From: Cirrosporium novae-zelandiae
Taxonomy: Eukaryota
NCBI GenBank assembly: GCA_026023565.1
Contig: JAPETS010000040.1
Span: 124,001-188,000, forward strand
DNA length: 64,000 bases
Reading direction: 5' to 3'
The position numbers and the translations under genes are program-made. The notes under the pieces are model-generated. The model was not told the origin of the DNA. It worked only from the letters and a program-made list of their open reading frames with translations, and did no database searches. Each line of letters opens with the position of its first letter. The stretch's first letter is position 1. Of the stretch, positions 59,909 through 64,000 are shown piece by piece.

Positions 59909-62900
59909 ATGGCAGATACACTGCGGGAGGAGACAGGCCGACTGCAAGGCCGGCCAGGTCTTCAAAGCCAACATTCAAGTTCGCTTCCCTCTACCCCATA
60001 CCAGCATCCTCGAAAATTATCCTTTACATCTAGATCTCCATCTCCAACAAAGCGCAATGCTTCGCCGAGATCTGTTTATTCGGAATCGAATAACCCGTTG
60101 CCCTCCCTACGAAGACCAGCTGCTGGGTGTGAATTCGAAACAGGCATGGCAAACTTCAAGCGCAGGATGCCATATTCATTAGGGGGAGACAAATTAGAGA
60201 ATGCCAAGACAACACCCAAGAAACATTTAGATCAAGCTGAAGAAGCCAAGGTTACGAAGGACATGAACGCCCTCTATGATGAAATAGTACCGTCTAATGA
60301 AAGTGACCAAAAGAGAGTGGAGTTTGTGGCCAAATTGGAGAAGCTACTCGATAAGCAATGGCCTGGGAAAGACATTAAAGTTCACGTATTTGGATCAACG
60401 GGTAGTCGATTGGCTACAACCGACTCGGATGGTATGTAAATATAATCAGGAGGTTGGAATCGAAGACTGATAAATTAGTTGACATATGCATCACAACCAC
60501 GATGAAGGAGCTGGAACATGTTTGCACATTAGCGAAATTCCTGGCAAAAAGTAAGTATGCTGTTTGGAGGCATTGTAACATCTCTGACGGACTTGACAGA
60601 TGGTATGGAACGAGTAATATGCGTGTCCCATGCAAAAGTGCCTATTGTGAAGATCTGGGACCCTGAGTTGAGCGTTGCATGCGACATGAACGTAAACAAT
60701 ACTTTGGCAATCGAAAACACGCGGATGATCAGAACCTATGTGGAAATCGATGACCGAGTACGACCTTTGGCAATGATTATAAAGCACTGGACGAGGAAAC
60801 GGAAAATCAACGATGCCGGTCAGTTATATTCGCTAGTGTTGACATGGGACTTTATTAATTCGATCATGGGACAGCTTTCGGTGGCACATTGAGCTCTTAT
60901 ACTTGGATTTGCATGATCATCAACTTTCTTCAAACACGTTCTCCGCCAATATTACCGGTTCTGCAACAACGGCCTCACCAGAGACGAATGACCCCTAATG
61001 GCGAGTTATCTTCCTTTGCGGATGACATCGAATCGTTACGAGGGTTTGGAAAACAAAATAAGGAGACGCTCGGGGAGCTACTATTTCAATTTTTTCGAAG
61101 ATATGGCCACGAGATAGATTTCGAGAAACTTGTTATATCTGTTCGACAAGGAAAGCTGATCTCTAAACACGATAAGGGATGGCATCTGCTTCAGAACAAT
61201 CGTCTTTGTGTAGAAGAGCCTTTCAGTACAACAAGGAATCTAGGAAATACGGCAGATGATATTTCCTTTCGGGGGTTGCATATGGAAATTCGTCGTGCGT
61301 TTGATTTGATAGCTGCTGGAGATCTGGATGCTTGCTGTGAAGAATATGAATATCCACTAGAGGAGGAACGTATCTGGGAGAAACCGCCTCCGCAACCTCG
61401 ACCAGTTATTACCCAGGCGGCTCCAACTCCTAGGAACAATAGAAATGGGCGAGGTGGAAGACATAGCAATGGTTATCGTGGAGGGAATTCGAACCGGCGT
61501 GCCTCTAGCGCGACGACATCTGGTCGATTCAACAGCCCTCATTACAATCAAATGGCTTCCCCTTCACGCGAATATTTCTTACAGACGCAACAATATCAGC
61601 TTCATGATCAGCTCTTCCAACAATATCAATTCCTGCAAGCCCAAGAGCAGGAGTTACGTATTCAACTTCATCGTCAGGCTCAGAATCACTTGCTCGCACA
61701 AGCACGAGCACGAAGACGAGAGGCAGAAGGTGACGACGAATATGCCAACGCGCAAGATGATTATCATGGTCGTCGTCCTGGTACAATTAATCTCCCACCT
61801 CTGAGTGCACCTCTAAGATCAACCATGTTCTCACCTCCTATTGGGTATTTACCAATTGGAATACAGTATTTTCCTGGAGTAAATACAAACCCTCCCTCTC
61901 CTTCACTACCGCCGGTCGAATCGGACTCGAGACGCAGCCTTAACCGCCAGACATATTCAAATGGAGCTTCTGGGGGAAGCGCAAGAGCACAGTCTCAACC
62001 TGCTAGACCCGCATCGGGTTCACATTCCGGTCAGCGCGTAAGTCCAACGGAGCAGGCAAACCCAATTTATGGACATCATCTGCAAAAAGGTAATCAAAGG
62101 GTCGCTGCTGGATACGGCACTACGGCTCAAGATCCAATACACTATATGAAAGGAGGGATCCCTGTCACGAAAGCGGTTACGGCCGAGGATCCTATACCAA
62201 AAGAATACGTCGGCTACTTCTTCGGTACTCCTTATGGAGCGCTACCCCTCCATTACGGGCAGATGCACTCCAAACTGGCCGCTTATGGAGATGGTTCAAA
62301 CCGAGGAAGACAGATGTCTCCGGCTATTGACAGAAAGGGCGTGGAAACATTTCACTTATCTATGCCACCAACTCCACAACAGCAGTCTCATCGTCATCAA
62401 AACGGAAACTCTGTCAACTCTGCCAACAGCCGGAACACTACGAATGTGACTTCTGTTTCCAAGTCGAATGGCACACCTAAAGCCCACATCGCAACACATT
62501 ACGGTGGCCCTCTTGTCGTCAACGGGACTCTAGGTGCAGGAACGCATACACATCCGACTTTACATTCTCTGGAGAACAACCAAGCTGCTATGAGCGAAGG
62601 GACAGTTACTTCTGATGATCTATTTGATACTCCCAGCAGCAATTCCGACACAATGTCCCAGGTTGCGATCGAAACGAGCTATCCTGATGTCATGGAGACG
62701 CCACACTATCCCCACCCCGTTTACGATCCTTATAGCCAGTCAAAGCCCGTTGTGGATCACCTCGGGATCTCAAATGGGCCATTGATGGATAATGGGGTGT
62801 TGGAAAACCCTATAAGCTTAATGGCGCAGGAAAACCAACCTGAAACTCGGGAAAGTTTGGTGTTTAGGCCAGCTCCGAATGGTGATATTTTCCGAGATGA

Positions 62901-63327
62901 GGTGCTGGCTCGTGCTATTCAGCCAGAACCGAAGCGGTCAGCCTTGGGGGATCAACTAGCTAAGTTGTCTGCAAAAACAAATGGCATCCCCTTCAAACCT
63001 GTGGATAATCAGAGTCCTGGAACGAAAAATAGGATCGGGATTGAAAAATTGAATCAATTTAGAAGCAACGGTAGCGGCCCAGGTCCAAACATGCCCAATG
63101 GAATATCACACAAGGATGTCTCGAATGAACATCCGGCAGAGGCTCCGAAAGGACCACAGCACACTTTTGCTAAAGCATCCAACGTCCTAGCGAGCCCTGG
63201 TGGTTGGCAACAGACGACAAAGAAAAGGGGTACCCGGCAAAGAGCAAAGTCTCTTAGTATCTCCAACCTCCCTGCCAATGGGCCAGAACCGCTACCTGCC
63301 GATATTTCAAAACGGAAGGGCGGCTAG
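59909..63327 (+). CDS. Non-canonical poly(A)/nucleotidyl polymerase, Cid11/Cid13-like (Pol-beta NTase plus PAP-associated domain)
   Basis: VFGSTGSRLATTDSD|VDIC, AKVPIVKIWDPEL..CDMNVNNTLAIENT, IKHWTRKRKINDA|AFGGTLSSY, ETLGELLFQFFRRY and LCVEEPFSTTRNLGN. Introns 60432-60478, 60551-60599 and 60819-60874. The first in-frame AUG is 59909, but the frame is open back to 59684. Confidence 0.93.
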
Positions 63328-64000
63328 TTTAGGATATGAAATTAACTCATATCTCATATGGTCAGGTCCGGCATCAATACACGATCCAGCAGAGCATCAA
63401 CCCAATGAGGCCATCATCGTGCCGAGAAGCAGGTCGATCCAGCGAGCAAGTCGAGATGGTTCCTCCGGGTTTATTAGCAGTCTCATAGCCGTGTATATTT
63501 GCAAAGAACCTGCTCTCGGGGTAAAGTGATCTAGAAAGCTTAACGCTGTGCGAAAGGTTTTTTTATATTTGGATTCCTGTATCCATTCCTGAACGCAATG
63601 GCTCAGTGAAAGTGAACCTCAGCTCCTTATGAACGAAGATGGAAAGAAAGGCTTTGGCTGCATTATTTTAGGCGTATTTAAAGATTGCATTTGTGTGAAC
63701 GATAGCATCGTTAAACAGCCTTTGTGCATTATCTGTGACACATCCTCAAGAGTATAACAAACGACGTAATATCGTCAAATGGCATGTCTTTTATCTATTT
63801 TTTCCTGCCTTCTTTTTTCTGGATGGAGTGGATGGAATGGGAAGGGTCAGGCACAACACATATATCTGGCGTTAAAAGGGAAACAATCATCGAAGATGGA
63901 ATCACGACCTCCTCCCTCCCACATGAGCGGTGGGTGGTGTGATGGCGGTGACGGTTGATTCCAATGGGAAATTGGGCAAAGGGAGGATGCATTCGATTGA

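Noticed and set aside
1..64000. Secondary-metabolite cluster or functional operon
   Set aside because: There is no PKS, NRPS or terpene backbone gene, and the housekeeping genes are functionally unrelated.

Overview
Gene-dense, intron-containing nuclear DNA from a filamentous ascomycete (Pezizomycotina). Evidence: short GT..AG introns with CTAAC/CTGAC branch sites and fungal-type proteins. I can model 18 protein-coding genes. Fourteen are recognisable conserved genes: a BarA/Lag1-type ceramide synthase (5' end outside the window), ELP1/IKI3, COX8, MTR4, a DENN-domain protein, MEF2, QCR7, MAG1, ECM33, TAH18, an Sbp1-like RRM-RGG-RRM protein, a GCS1-type ARF-GAP, a DAL5-family MFS permease and a Cid13-like non-canonical poly(A) polymerase. 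Four are atypical: a divergent bHLH(-ZIP) protein, a nicotinamide-riboside-kinase-like protein lacking the Walker A GKT, and two orphan proteins flanking the permease. The two orphans share two modules, one resembling the Thp3/LENG8 N-terminal helical module. Intergenic DNA is very rich in microsatellites and 7-11 bp minisatellites. Abrupt A/C-rich to G/T-rich strand-skew switches recur near gene ends, even inside coding sequence. I found no supportable tRNA, rRNA, CRISPR or transposase. All family assignments come from recognising motifs by eye, not from database searches, and exon boundaries were read manually.
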